From assembly GCF_964194025.1 (NCBI RefSeq), contig NC_134468.1, positions 32,440,354 through 32,490,000 on the forward strand: DNA of 49,647 nt, in the 5' to 3' direction. The stretch comes from Convolutriloba macropyga. Lineage: Eukaryota. Shown here piece by piece: positions 13,291 to 26,467 of this stretch (positions are counted from its first letter, which is position 1; the number at the start of each line of letters is the position of its first letter). Position numbers and translations under genes: made by a program. A model generated the notes under the pieces. The model did not search any database, was not told the origin of the DNA, and saw only the letters and a list, made by a program, of their open reading frames with translations.

Positions 13291-13865
13291 GTTTTGCTTG
13301 ATTTTAGCTATAGAAATTTATTACATTATCAAATAATTCAATTGTCGCACACTAATTGGTTTGAATAAGGGTTCAGAATGGTTTCAGATGCCTGTTTATT
13401 AATTGCAGGTATTGATTGGTCCCTATCATTTTATTGCTTTTAATAATTGACTGCAATAGTAATGAGTAACTAAGTTTGAAGAGAAAATGATGTTTCTCAA
13501 GACGTGTAGTGGTGGCTCATTTCACACAAACCAAATAACAGTAGGCGGTAGAGACACTGATTAACGAACAAGGCGTCTTGGTAGGGAGGCTGACTTGTTA
13601 GTTATTGACAAAACTATCCCTATTTCTTGTTAGAATCCTGTACAAGGCACTGAATGGCTCCCCACTTCGGTTCCGAGGTCGGTTCGGTTGGGCTGACTCC
13701 ATCTACTTCTTGTTCATAAAACTATGTATATTGTGTTTGCAATCTTTTATTATTTACTTTAATCACAATATGAATTCTCACTTCTAACAAGGCAACTCTT
13801 GGGTACAATCGATTTCCGTTGTCCTGAATTGTTGTATAACTAATGTTTACTTGTTTACATACTTT

Positions 13866-13905
13866 TTGTTGCTGTTGCTGGTGTTGTTGTCGTTGTTGTT
13901 GTAGT
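13866..13905 (-). repeat. (CAA)n-like microsatellite tail of LINE copy A
   Basis: Imperfect GTT repeats directly 3' of the ORF2 C-terminus on the minus strand. Confidence 0.8.
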
Positions 13906-16565
13906 TGGGGATTGACAGCTGTGCTTAATATTCTAATGTCCCAGTCATCATTTTACAATAATTTTCAATAATTTCTACTGTTTTGACAATCGCAGAACAA
14001 TTGCCAATTGTAAAAATTTCGCTCGCAAAATTTCTTCTCGAAAAAATTCCAAATTGTACGTAATATTCGGTTTTTTAGTCCAATTGGTTCTCATAAGTTT
14101 ATTAATTTTTCTAGGAGGTTTGCAATTTGACAAGTTTTAAACAAGAATTCGCTGCGCGATTTTTCTGTTCGGGTTTTCGTTACTTTGAAAATTTTGTTGT
14201 TCCCTTGTTTCTTTCGTATGTACTTCTGGTAGTTCGATGCCGCTATTATCTTAAATCAAAGCTTTTGAAGCTAGTAATAAGTCGTTAAGCTGGACAAACA
14301 TTGGCAGTGGCAATATTTTAATAGTCGAAGCTGGTTTTTGTATTCTGTATCTTTTTTTCCCGTTACCCATTTGACTAACTTTTTAAAAATTTTTTCCAGA
14401 ATTTGAATTTCAGTTCTTCCTTCCTACAGGCAAGCACGTGAATCCATACAGCAGTACCGGCAAGTTTAGTGACTTATAAATCCCACTTTCCCAAACGTGG
14501 TCACTTTAATTGCAACCTTTCGCTTAAGCATGTGCAAAACTTTATATGCTTTCTTCATTCTTTCTTCAATTGCTGTTTCCACCATACATCACGTGAAATC
14601 CAGGATCTTTGACAGCCGTGAATTTTGCCAAATCCTTTCCAAAAGTTTGTATTGTTAGTTTTTGCCTTTGAATTTTAGATATGTACACCTTTCTAAAGCT
14701 AAGGCAATTTTATTTTGGATTACCCAGTTCGCAATCCCATGTAGATGATCTTAAGCTTGCCAGTAGCTTCTTTGCACAGCCAAAATTTAAGATCATCAGC
14801 AAAACTAAAAAGCTCAGAAAACATCAAGACATCTGGAATAATGTTAATCAATATACAGAACTGTAATAGTCCTGTGAGTGACCCCCTGTGGTACCCCGCT
14901 TGTTGTACGGAGTGTCTTCGAACTTGTATTTTCCACATGAAAATATTAACGTCGATCTTTCAAGTAGTCGATTAGTATTTCAAGCAAACATCCATAAACT
15001 CCCCTGTCACTCAACTTTTGTAATAATTCATAATGTGTTACTTTGCCAAAAGCTTTTGAGAAGTCAGTGTAGAAAGCAATTATCTGAGAGTGAGGGTCGT
15101 GATCAACAGCTTCATAAAATCTTTTGATAAACAGCAGCATATTTGTTTGCAAAGATCTTCTACTGATAAAAGCCTGTTGACTCTTAAACAGGAACCTTCG
15201 AAAATGATTGTACAATGCAATGTTTAAATATTTTTGCAGAATCTTGATATCAATGTTCAATAATTAGACAGGCCGGTAGTTTTCAACTTTTCCTAGGTCT
15301 CCTTTTCTGAAAATTGGCCTTATGGCAGCAAATTTCCAGCAGTCGGGTATTCTTCGCAGCTTTTTTATATTCCGAAGGAATGAATACATGATGTTGCGGA
15401 GATTCTTGATAGTCTTTACTTAAAAACCCGGAGGTATACCGTTCAGTCCTCTGGATTTATTGGCATCAAAATCATCTATTTTATTTCTGATAGTATTCTT
15501 CGAGATGTCAAAATTTGTAAGAGAGGGTTTTCGTGCTTTGAAACTTTTTAGACTGAAACTAGTTTTTTGTGGAGAATGCGGATTGACAGAATTCATTCAA
15601 CATATATATTTGTCGAAGTGAAGTTTGCTTGGAAGTGAAGTTTGCTTGGTATCATTCATCAAGATTTTGGCGAGGCAGGCAGATCTGCTTAGGCTTCTCA
15701 GATGTTAAATAACTCTCTCTGTTTTTCTCGATCCTAATAATTTTTCCTGGTACACATTTCTGTCTTCTTCAGCAGAATCAGCGACTTGCTTTTCCAGTTT
15801 TAAAAACAACTGTTTTCTGTAGGATGTTGGTTTTTTCTCCATTAAACGTTTCTGTGTCTTTAGCTTATTAATAATATTTAAAAGTACCACAGGAAATCCA
15901 GGGTGGCAGTGATTGTCTATGCTTTGTTCTTTTTGGGACATATAAATGAAAAAAAATTTCTACATACCTTGTGAATTTTTCTCACATTTTGTTGATGTTG
16001 GTTTAACAAATTACCTGGAACGGTTTTTTAGCAAGAAACACAATCATAGCGTCATAGTCAGCATTTTCCAAAAGTTTTAAAGTTCTGTTTTAATGGTTTT
16101 GTTTCAGTAACTGGGCTTTCTAAAAATATTGTTTACACATGTCGGGAAGTCGATAATTTGCCAGAACAATTTTTCTTCAGCCATTTTGATGACTTTTTCT
16201 TCAGTCTCGTTGGAACTATACAGAGTCTTCGAGTTTGCTTCTGTGAAATTAAGGTCTCCAGAAATGACAATTTGTTTGTTTTTAGGAATGTTTCTCAGGA
16301 GCAATGGGGAATCCTCTATCTTGTATCAATATGAGCTTGATACGGGCGGATTGTAGAAAGCATATAGAAACACTTGAGTGTGATTACGAGTAATTGTACA
16401 CTCTATTTATGAGTTTGGTAGAGTGCAATTCATTGGTTCCAGTTTGTGGCGATATCAGAGTATTTTTTACAGCAATGAGGGTACCTCCAGGCGCATTTTT
16501 ATCTCCAATGGTGGCCCGATCACTTCTAAAAATATTGTAATTGATAAATAGTTCGGCTTCATTGA
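13866..16565 (-). mobile_element. CR1-like non-LTR retrotransposon (LINE), 5'-truncated, copy A
   Basis: APE remnants (NIFRSDR..GGTLIAVK, GDLNF); RT motifs NYRPV, QQAFISRRSLQTNML, YTDFSKAF, SGVPQG, FADDLK; microsatellite tail. Confidence 0.9.
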
Positions 16566-18270
16566 AAAATTTTAAGAGTGAAACTAGTTTTTTTTGTGGA
16601 GAACACGGATTGAAAGAATTCATTCAACATATATACTTGTTTGCATCGAAGTGAAGTTTGCTTTGTATCATTCATCAAGATTTTGGCGAGGCAGGCAGAT
16701 CTGCTTAGGCTTCTCAGATGTTAAATAACTCTCTCTGTTTTTCTCGATCCTAATAATTTTTCCTGGTACACAATTCTGTCTTCTTCAGCAGAATCAGCGA
16801 CTGCATTTTACAGTTTTAAAACCAATTGTTTTCTGTAGGATGTTGTTTTATTCTCCATTAAACGTTTCTGTGTCTTTTGTTTATTAGTCATATTTGAAGT
16901 ATCACAGGAAAACCAGGGTGGCAGCGATTGTCTATGCTTTGTTCGTTTCGGGACATATTAATCGAAAAGTTTGTCTAGATACCTTGTTAATTTTTTGCAC
17001 ACTCTGTTGATGTTGGTGTAACATATTTTGTTGTTGATCTTGTGCTGTTTTATTGTCAAGTTTTTCAATTCGCTCATCAATATTGGCCAGGAAATTTGCT
17101 GGGTCAGGGCAAATTACAGATGAAATTTCTCTTAGTGATCGTTTCGTTTTTTAAAATCGAATCTCTGGTTTTCAGCTTTTCGGTTTCAGCTCTTTTTTTC
17201 TCCAAATACGTTTCGTCCTCCTCTTTGAATGCATCGACATTTTCTCAATTGTGCTTAAAGACACATCTTGTGCTTCTGCTTCCGATTATATTTCGATTTC
17301 TCTAACTGGTACTTTTTCAGTAACCCGAAGTGCAAATTGTGCTTCTGGGTTTGTTTGCTTTCGTGAAAGAAAGTCCGCCGCATAAATTGCATTTCCTGGA
17401 ATATATGCGATTGCAATGTTGAACGCCAAAACTCTGTCAAGAAGATTTTAAAGGTGGTGGCATTGAAAATTTGCGTTAAGCTTCTGTTATCGGTTAGAAA
17501 AATTACTGGTTTGGTATTAACCCAAACATATTTTGCAAAATGATCCAAAGCAAAAAACAACGCAAGGAAATCCTTGTAATATTAATGCAAAACTCATTGC
17601 AAAATTAATGACTTATATAATCTCACTTTCCCAAACGTGGTCACTTTAAAGGTCTCCCAAAACTAAAGGGCTCAGAAAACATCAGGACATCTGGAATATT
17701 GTTAATCAATATACAGAACTGTAATAGGCCTGGGAGTGACCACTGTGGTACCCCGCTTGTTGTACGGAGTATCTTCGAACTTTTATTTTCCACACAAAAA
17801 TATTAACGTCAATCTTTCAAGTAGTCGATTAGTATTTCAAGCAAACATCCATAAGCTCCCATGTCAATCAACTTTTGTAATAATTCATAATGTGTTACTT
17901 TGTCAAAAGCTTTTGAGAAGTCAAAGTAGAAACCAATTATCTCAGAGTGAGGGTCGTGATCAACAGCTTCACAAACTCTTTTGATAAACAGCAGCATATT
18001 TGTTTGCACAGATCTTCTACTGATTAAAACCTGTTGACTCTTAAACAGGAAACTTCGAAAATGATTGTACAATGCAATGTTTAATTTTTTTGCAGAATCT
18101 TGATATCAATGTTCAATAATTAGACAGGCCGGTAGTTTTCAACTTTTCCTAGGTCTCCTTTTCTGAAAATTGGCCTTATTGCAGCAAATTTTCAGCATTC
18201 GGGTATTTTTCGCAGCTTCTTTATATTCCGAAGGAATGAAAACAAGATGTTGCGGAGATTCTTGATAGTC
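16566..18270 (-). mobile_element. Mosaic of LINE and Gypsy fragments
   Basis: LINE linker 16566-17025; Gypsy RNaseH/connection with deletions ~17030-17580; LINE pieces ~17605-17650 and ~17658-18270 (FDFSKAFDKVTH). Confidence 0.85.
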
Positions 18271-20945
18271 TTTCGTGAAAGAAAGTTCGCCGCATAATTT
18301 GTATTTCCTGGAGTATATGCGATTGCCATATTGAACGCCATAACTCTGTCAAGAAAATTTTAAAGGTGGTGGCATTGATTTTGCCAGGAAAAATTGCTTT
18401 AAGCTTCTGTTATCGGTTAGAATTATGACTGGTATGGTAGTAACCCAAATATATTTTGGAAAATGATCCAATGCAAAATACAACGCAAGGAACGCCTTGT
18501 AATAAACGGAGAATTTGAATTGTGGGCTCGCTAACCATCGTGAGCCAAAAGAAACCGGTGCGTAGGTCTTCATTTCTCCTGAATTATTTTCCTTAACGTA
18601 GTCTTCTACCATCAGTACGAATCCAGTTCCGTGGTAGCCTGCATTGCAGAGTATCACATGTTGTTGTCTGGGTTTGGGTAGTCTAAGTGTTATTCCTGTT
18701 GCTCTTAGAAAATCTTGTTTAATTGTTGCTAAATTTTTTTGGTGCCCTTCAGTAGTTTCAAGTTCTCTGTCTTTCTTTAATAGATGATAAAATGGCATCA
18801 ATTTTGTTCCAAGGTCCGGTATATAATTGTGGAAGAATTGGGAGAATCCAATCAATCGTTTAACTTGTTTTATTGTTTTCGACGTTTCAATTTTCTTTGA
18901 GAAACTCATCGATTTTTGTCCCTTCAGGTGATATTCCTTCTGGTGTCACTACATTTCCCAGAAACTTCATCTTCTACGTTCCAATCGCACATTTCTTCAG
19001 GTAAAATTTGAGACCAGACTAAGTGTAGGAACCAGCTCATCAAAATTTTTGACTGCGCTACCTAAGTCATCTATGAGTTGAGTGCACCAATCGGCTGCTA
19101 AGGATGGATCCAAGTAATTTCGTATGAAGGAACTGAATCCAGTTACTGATTTGCTCAGTCATTGGGCTAGACATTTGTAGGCATATGTATTTGAATTGAA
19201 AATGAATTCGTCGTAGATCTATCAAGAATCTAAGTTTCCCCAATTTTTTTAGATGAACGAACGAAGGGCTAATATACTTTGACTGTGGTAGCGTAATAAT
19301 TAATACGTAGTAATGCAACAGGGCAAGTTCAATCATAAGTTCGTCGCGAAGAGGTATTGGTGTTGGTGGTCCTTGTGTGTATATGTGCAAATTGTGTCCG
19401 GGCGTTAGCTTTATCTTTAGCTCAGAGTTGTGGCTAATATTGAATAGGTGGTTCGCAAAAAAGTCACTAATTCTACCAGTAGTTCTTCTACTTTTGATTT
19501 TTCGTTGTCTGTCAGGACAGATATTTCCCAATCAAATTGTTCCAAAGAGGTAAATCTGTCTTTCGTTGAGCTGGAAGGAATTTAATTGTATCGCAATGTC
19601 AGGAAATTTTGGCAAAGTGTTCTTATGGCATATTTGGATGTTGTGCTTCTTGAGGAAATTTTTGTGCTTCTTGTAGTTTGAACTTGAAAATGATTGGTAC
19701 TCTATGTTGTTTAAATCTCATCCTTTCTTACAGTTATCAGGGCGATAATTTGCTGTGAACCTCAGAAGTTTCCTCGATAATTTGGGCAATAATTTCCTGA
19801 TGTATGTTCAGTGTGTTGGTTTTGAAATTTTTGATTCAGATTTGGTGTTGCGTATTCTTGCACCGCTGCGATTGTTTGATGGTCCCATAACTCTGATTCT
19901 AATCTCCGATCGAGGTCCATGAACCTGTTTTTGAGTGCTTGTTGAGCTGTTGTGATCTTTGACAGAGCATTGATCAATTTTTCAGATACATATTAACTAT
20001 TTCATTAAATCCAACATCTCAATAGTCTTCTTTCCAGTACAACTCTCGAATTGTTATCTGTCGTCTCAAGAGATTACACACATCATCATTTGGTGTAGCC
20101 GTAGTTTGCTCCATCAGTTTCAATTGCAGCCAAGCAGGCATGGCTTTTATAAACAAACTATCACTTGTTCATTTATATGGTCTGTTACAGCATCGGTTTT
20201 TTCTTGTCTCTGTTATGTCTCTCTTGCGAATTGTGCTCCTTCTATAATTGCGTCTGGCGCTCTTGGATCACGTGATGCAACCACTGGCACTTTTGGTACT
20301 GGGTACGTACGCTACTATCTGAGCGTGCGCCACTTTGGATCAGTTTTTAAGGCTTACAATTGATGAACCAAGTTCTGCTTGATTTTAGCTATAGAAATTT
20401 GTTACACTATCAAATAATTCAATTGTCAAACTCTAATTGGTTTGAATAATAGTTCAGAATGGTTTTAGATGCATGCTTAATAATTGTCAGGTATTGATTG
20501 ATTGCCTATCATTTCACTGCCGTTAATAATTTACTGCAATAGTAATAACTAACTAAGTTTGAGGAGACAATGAAGTTTCCCAAGACCTGTAGTGATGGCT
20601 CATATCACACAAACCAAATAGCAGTAGGCGGTAGAAACACAGATTAACAAACAAAGCGTCTTGCTAGGGAGGCTGACTAGTCAGTTATTGACATAAATGT
20701 CACTATTTCTTGTTAGAAGCCTGAACAAGGCACTGAAAGGCTCCCCACTTCGGTTCCATGGTCGGCTCGGTTAGGCTGACTCTATCTACTTCTTGTTCAT
20801 AAAACTGTGTATAGTGTGTTTGCAATTTTTTCTTATTTACTTTAATCACAATATGAGTTCTTGATTTTAACAAGGCAACTTATGGGTACAATCGATATCC
20901 GTTGTTCTGAATTGTTGTATAATAAATGTTTACTTGTTTACATAC
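18271..20945 (-). mobile_element. Gypsy copy B (5' region-gag-RT-RNaseH), internally deleted
   Basis: ORF 18349-18909 (RT thumb/RNase H), ORF 19067-19531 (RT), gag ORF 19762-19977 matching 12339-12575; 20340-20945 homologous to 13250-13860. Confidence 0.9.
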
Positions 20946-20947
20946 AT

Positions 20948-23900
20948 TGTGTTGTTGATTTTGTTGTTGTCGTTGTTGTTGTTGTCGTTGTTTTTGTTGT
21001 TGTTGGTGGGGATTTACAGCTGTGCTGAATATTCTAATGTCACAATCATCAAATTAAAATAATGTCCAATAATTTCTACAGTTTTGACAATCGCAGAACA
21101 ATTGCCAAGTGCAAATTTTTTCTTGGAAAAATTCCAAATTCGGTTTTTATCACGTTTTATTCGGTTCTTTAGTCCAATCGGTTCTCTTAAGTTTATTAAA
21201 TTTTCTAGGCAGTTTGCAGTTCGACAGGTTTTAAGAGGGAACTCGCTGCGCACTTTCTCTGTTCGGGTTTTCATCATTTTGTAAATTTTTTGTCCTTGTT
21301 TCTTTCTATGTACTTCTGTCAGTTCGATACCGTTAAACTCCTCATTCAAAGCTTTTGAAGCTAGTAATAGATAGTTAAACTGGATAAATATTGGCAGTGG
21401 CAATTTTTTTAATAGTCGAAGCTGGTTTTTGTATTCTGTATCTTCATTTCCCGTTATCCATTTGACTACCTTTTCAAAAATTTTTCCAGAATGTGAATTT
21501 CAGTTCTTCCTGCAGGCAAGCACGTGAACCCATACAGCTGTACCGGAAAAATTAGTGACTTATATAATCCCAATTTTCCAAACGTGTTCTCTTTAATTGC
21601 AATCTTTCGCTTAAGCATGTGCAAAACTTTACATGCTTTCTTCATTCTTTCTTCAATAAGCTCTTTCCACGATACATCACGTGAAATCCAAGATCTTTGA
21701 CGGCCGTGGATTTTGCAAAATCCTTTCCAACAATTTGTATTGTTAGTTTTTGCCTCTGAATTTTAGATATGCACACCTTTCTATTGCTAGCTCCATTTTG
21801 TTTTGGATTACCCTGTTCGCAATCCCATGTAGATGATCTTAAACTTCCCAGCAGGTTCTTTGCACAGCCAAATTTTAAGATCATCAGCAAAACTAAAGGG
21901 CTCAGAAAACATCAGGACATCTGGAATATTGTTAATCAATATACCGAACTGTAATAGGCCTGGGAAAGACCCCTGTGGTACCCCGCTTGTTATAGGGAGT
22001 ATCTTGGAATTGTATTGCCCACACAAAAATATTGTTGTCGATCTTTCAAGTAGTCGATAAGTATTTAAAACAAACATCCACCAACTCCCATGTCAATCAT
22101 CTTTTGTAGTAATTCATAATGTGGTACTTTGTCAAAAGCTTTGGAGAAGTCGGTGTAGAAAGCAATTACCTCAGAGTGAGGGTCGTGATCAACAGCTTCA
22201 TAAATTCTTTTGATAAACAGTAGCCTATTTGTTTGCACAGATCTTCTACTGATAAATCCATGATGACTCTAAATTAGAAACCTTTGAAAATGATTGTTCA
22301 ACGCAATGTGTAAACATTTTCCAGAATCTTGCTATCAATGTCCAATAATGAGACAGGCAGCAAATTTCCAGCTGTCGGGTATTTTTGGCAGCTTCTTTAA
22401 ATTCCGAAGGACTGAATACATGATGTTGCGGAGATTCTTGATAGTCTTTAATTAAAAACCCGGAGGTATACCGTTCTCTCTGGATTTATTGGCATCAAAC
22501 CCTCTGGGTTTATTGGCATCAACATCATCCATTATATTTCTGATTGTATTCTTCGAGATGTCAAAATTTGTAAGAGCGGGTTTCTGTGCTTTAAAAATTT
22601 TCAGAGTGAAACTAGTTTTTTTGTGGAGAACACGGATTGAAAGAATTCATTCAACATATATACTTGTTTGCATCGAAGTGAAGTTTGCTTGGTATTATTC
22701 ATCAAGATTTTGGCGAGGCAGGCAGATCTGCTTAGGCTTCTCAGATGTTAAATAACTCTCTCTGTTTTTCTCGATCCCAATAATTTTTCCTGGTACACAA
22801 TTCTGTCTTCTTCAGCAGAATCAGCGACTTGCTTTTCCAGTTTTAAAAACAACTGTTTTCTGTAGGATGTTGGATTTTTCTCCATTAAACGTTTCTGTGT
22901 CTTTAGCTTATTAATAATATTTAAAAGTACCACAGGAAATCCAGGGTGGCAGTGATTGTCTATGCTTTGTTCTTTTTGGGACATATAAATGAAAAAATTT
23001 TCTACACACCTTGTGAATTTTTCTCACATTTTGTTGATGTTGGTGTAACAAATTACCTGGAACGGTTTTTTAGCAAGAAACACAATCATAGCGTCATAGT
23101 CAGCATTTTCCAAAAGTTTTAAAGTTCTGTTTTAATGGTTTTGTTTCAGTAACTGGGCTTTCTAAAAATATTGTTTACACATGTCGGGAAGTCGATAATT
23201 TGCCAGAACAATTTTTCTTCAGCGATTTTGATGACTTTTTCTTCAGTCTCGTTGGAACTATACAGAGTCTTCGAGTTTGCTTCTGTGAAATTAAGGTCTC
23301 CAGAAATGACAATTTGTTTGTTTTTAGGAATGTTTCTCAGGAGCAATGGGGAATCCTCTATCTTGTATCAATATGAGCTTGATACGGGCGGATTGTAGAA
23401 AGCATATAGAAACACTTGAGTGTGATTAGGAGTAATTGTACACTCTATTTATGAGTTTGGTAGAGTGCAATTCATTGGTTCCAGTTTGTGGCGATATCGG
23501 AGTATTTTTTACAGCAATGAGGGTACCTCCAGGCGCATTTTTATCTCCAATCGTGGCCCGATCACTTCTAAAAATATTGTAATTGATAAATAGTTCGGCT
23601 TCATTGATGTTATCCTTCAAACAGGTTTCGCAGAGACATAGAACATTATAACCTGAGTTAATTACTGCATTTATGAATTTTTTTCTTCTTTCGATTTTAG
23701 CTCAGCTTCTTTTATTTAGTTGGATGACATGGAGAAAGCCTATTAAGTGGTCAGGGGCATTCTGTATATCCATCTGCACATTGACTCCATCAATGTAGAG
23801 TTCCGGATTTCGAATTTTCAATTTTTCCTTAGGTACACCTCCGTCAAGCAGCTCCCTTCGTTTTTTAACTTTGGATTCTCTTTCAGTGCGTCATCGCTCG

Positions 23901-24560
23901 TCAACGCTGGGAGGATTTAATTGTTTCTTTCGGACAAATTTTTTCTGAATTCTGGACTTTTTGCAAGAGTGCGTCTTGCTTCGTTTTCGCCTGCCAAGCC
24001 TAATAATACAGCTCTCGGCTTTTTTCTATCTATCGTTTCGAAATTTTCCAGGTCTTTGTATTTCCGTGAAATTTACATTTGCACCTATCGAATCGAGCAG
24101 GTTGTTTACTTCATTGTTTGTTGGGACAAGAGTTTCTCCGTTCGTTTTTTTAGGATCCTCAGGTGTCCCTTGCATTCTTATACATTTACTGATATTGTGA
24201 CTTTTCGCGTTTTCATTTCTTAATTCGTTTAGGTTTTCCTGTAGTAGTTCCAAGAAGTAGTAGTAGTTCAAAAACATCAACAGCATACGTTTTTTAAACT
24301 TTGTAACACTTCGTTTTCGTAGCATTCAAAATTTTCTCATCCCTGAAAGTCCGTTAGTCGCCTTTTCATATTTTTCAGTTTTTATCAAAGATCTAAGCTA
24401 TCGATTTTTTCAGCAACTTGTGCCAGGCTTCGACAACGAATAAAGTTATCTATTTCATTTTCTTCAACACAATTATTGCAGAGTAGCATGGAATTCATAC
24501 CAAGCTCTTTAATGCCAGTAATAGCTAGAAAGAGATAGAAAGAGCAGTACATTCAGAAGT
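20948..24560 (-). mobile_element. CR1-like LINE copy B, near full length (ORF1 + APE-RT ORF2), decayed
   Basis: (CAA)n tail 20948-21005; ORF2 motifs CLCETCLKDN, GDLNF, YTDFSKAFDKVPH, ITSGVPQGS, FADDLK, VKDLG; ORF1 remnants upstream. Confidence 0.9.
23740..24490 (-). pseudogene. LINE ORF1 remnant (Cys pair, coiled-coil, RRM-like)
   Basis: MLLCNNCVEENEIDNFIRCRSLAQVAEKIDSL; IRMQGTPED..QRPGKF; LKKRRELL..KLKIRNPELYIDG. Layout typical of CR1/L2-group ORF1. Confidence 0.65.
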
Positions 24561-24733
24561 CAGATGCTACAATTACATGCCACACAAGTATAAATTTTTT
24601 CGTTTGCGTAACCGCCTTCTTGCAAGTATTACTATTTTTCACCATTTCTTGTTATATTTTTTTTTGAGCAAAACCATGGAACTTAGTCGCTAGGAATTTC
24701 AACAAAATTTATTTTAACGACTGGAACTTCAGG

Positions 24734-25096
24734 TTAAAAGTTCCGATGCGGACCAAAAAGCTCAATCGCTACGAACTTCACAGAACTTAAACTAACCTCA
24801 AAGTTGATTGTTTTTTGGCATTTTTTCTTTCGTTGTTTTTGGGGTTTGTTATTCCACTTTTTGCACATTCGCTTCAAATCACCGTTGTTTCGCACGATTG
24901 TGAAGAGCGTTTTCATTTCGAGAAGTTGGTCAATGTGAAGCTTGCTGTACTTCTTCAACACTTTCTTATCCTTTTGTTTTCGGCGAGATAATAGATTCTT
25001 GACAATATGCAACTCTGGCATCTCAATTTCTTTTAATTTGTTATAGAAGTCAGGAGCACCTTCTCTGACACACTTCCAAATATATCTGCCTTCCAC
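24734..25096 (-). pseudogene. Unknown ORF, paralog 1 (CVREGAPD family)
   Basis: 120-aa ORF that aligns with 25434-25757 (CVREGAPD.YNKL.E.E.P.LHIVKNLLS.RKQK.KKVLKKYSK.H.D.LLE.KTLFTI). Confidence 0.4.
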
Positions 25097-25139
25097 TGTA
25101 GACGTTCCAATTCAACAGCCAAAGTGTTTTCAAGTGTGC

Positions 25140-25410
25140 TTCTGGAAAATTAAGGTCTCCACAGATGACAATTGGTTTGTTTTCATGAATATTTCTCCGG
25201 AGCAATTGGAAATCGTCTATCGTTTATCGTTATGAGCCTGATATGGATGTGTTGTAGAGCGCATATAGAAATACTTGAGTTTCATTCAGAGTAATTTTAC
25301 ACGCTACACATGGGTTGGGTAGAGTTCAATTCATTTGTTCCGATATCAGAGTATTTTTCACAGCAATCGGGACAACTCAATTGTTCCGATATCAGAGTAT
25401 TTTTCACAAA
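25140..25410 (-). mobile_element. Diverged LINE APE fragment
   Basis: Homologous to 16240-16480 (AAATTAAGGTCTCCA...GATGACAAT); TTGTTCCGATATCAGAGTATTTTTCACA repeated at ~25335 and 25381. Confidence 0.75.
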
Positions 25411-25433
25411 ATGCGCTTCAAATAACCGTTGTT

Positions 25434-25885
25434 TCATGCGATTGTAAAGAGCGTTTTCAATTCGAGGAGTGGATCCAAGTGAAATTTGCTGTACTTTTTC
25501 AACACTTTCTTAGCCTTTTGTTTTCGGAGAGATAAAAGATTTTTGACAATATGCAACACTGGTATCTCAGTTTCTTCTAATTTGTTATAGACGTCAGGAG
25601 CGCCTTCTCTGACACAATAAACAATTCCAACTATATCTACCTTTTGTTGTAGATCTTCAATTTCAACTTTTAGTTGATCACCGTTGAGGGGCGTTCTATT
25701 ATCGCTTTTCGGGCTGGTTACCGAGTAATTCCTAATATAACACAATATTCTTGCCACAATATAATTTTGGTATTATTTTGAACGTATCGCAATTTATTTT
25801 GAACTATTCTGTACTTATCTTTTGCGTTTGGATGTAGATTGTATCCTGGTTTCGAGATGACCTTCCCTTTGAGTCGTCCTCGAAT
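25434..25885 (-). pseudogene. Unknown ORF, paralog 2
   Basis: ORF 25434-25757 plus upstream frameshifted reading IRGRLKGKVISKPGYNLHPNAKDKYRIVQ. Confidence 0.4.
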
Positions 25886-26150
25886 GTAGTATTAGTAGAC
25901 TTCAGGGCAAGTTCCCTAGGTAGTTTCCCCCTTTTGCAGTCCGAGTTTTAAGTAGCTTTTCAAAGATGTTGCAGTTTGCACATCTGCATAATATTCTCCA
26001 TTTGCATTTGTTTGTCTCGTTGCACTTCCTTTTGAAGAAGCTCACATAAATGTCAGTTAGAGTTCGTTTGTTGGGTTTTTTTCGTAAAAGCTATTTTTTC
26101 GTTTTGTTATCCCACTTCTCCAGAGAATGATGTAATGAGCTAGCTCCAAC
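25886..26150 (-). mobile_element. 3' end of a different CR1-like LINE
   Basis: YVSFFKRKCNETNKCKWRILCRCANC matches the C-terminal pattern of LINE A/B (WNFFEKKFCERNFYNWQLFCDCQN); short CTA-like tail at ~25886-25898. Confidence 0.6.
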
Positions 26151-26299
26151 AATCAACATTACAAAAGGGCAACCAGGGCTACCCTGACATTCAATTATAT
26201 CTAAAACTATTTAATATTTAATAACATGGAGTGTCACAAAACGCTGCTGTTTTTGCGTTCGACTTGGGTTGATTTCGCTTCATTTTTGTTTCATTTCCG

Positions 26300-26467
26300 G
26301 GATTTTCTCTGTTTGTGCCCCCCCCCCCAAACTTACTGGGCGAGCATATTATTTGCACCCTCCAGACGCACGTGCCATATTTTTAAAATAATGATTTACT
26401 GTGTAATGACATATGTTCTGTATCTAGGGGGCGCAGAACGTACGGGGGGCACAAACGAAAATGATCC
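26300..26467. mobile_element. MITE (168 bp) with TIRs and degenerate 8-bp TSD
   Basis: Ends GGATTTTCTCTGTTTGTGCCCCCC and GGGGGGCACAAACGAAAATGATCC; flanks CATTTCCG / CATTTTGG; empty site CATTTTCG in the next array unit. Confidence 0.85.

Larger units (their letters stand above)
267..13860 (-). mobile_element. Degenerate Ty3/Gypsy LTR retrotransposon with env-like gene (copy A; 3' half tandemly duplicated)
   Basis: Minus-strand remnants in Gypsy order: gag (12.2-13.3 kb), RT (FIDDI at ~11318-11332), RNase H (ILCNASYHGSG...KEFFAL...TDNRSL), integrase (H..H..CLTC; GDMMQIDLIG), extra ORF, env. Many stops and frameshifts; no LTR pair seen. Confidence 0.9.

Noticed and set aside
13690-13860. Possible 5' LTR remnant and primer-binding site (TGTAAAC..., AATAAA, TGGAGTCAG on the minus strand)
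   Set aside because: The TGG is not conserved in copy B and no tRNA match can be supported by eye.
1698-24223. Many plus-strand ORFs of 60-155 aa
   Set aside because: They are antisense shadows of minus-strand TE coding sequence with no motifs of their own.
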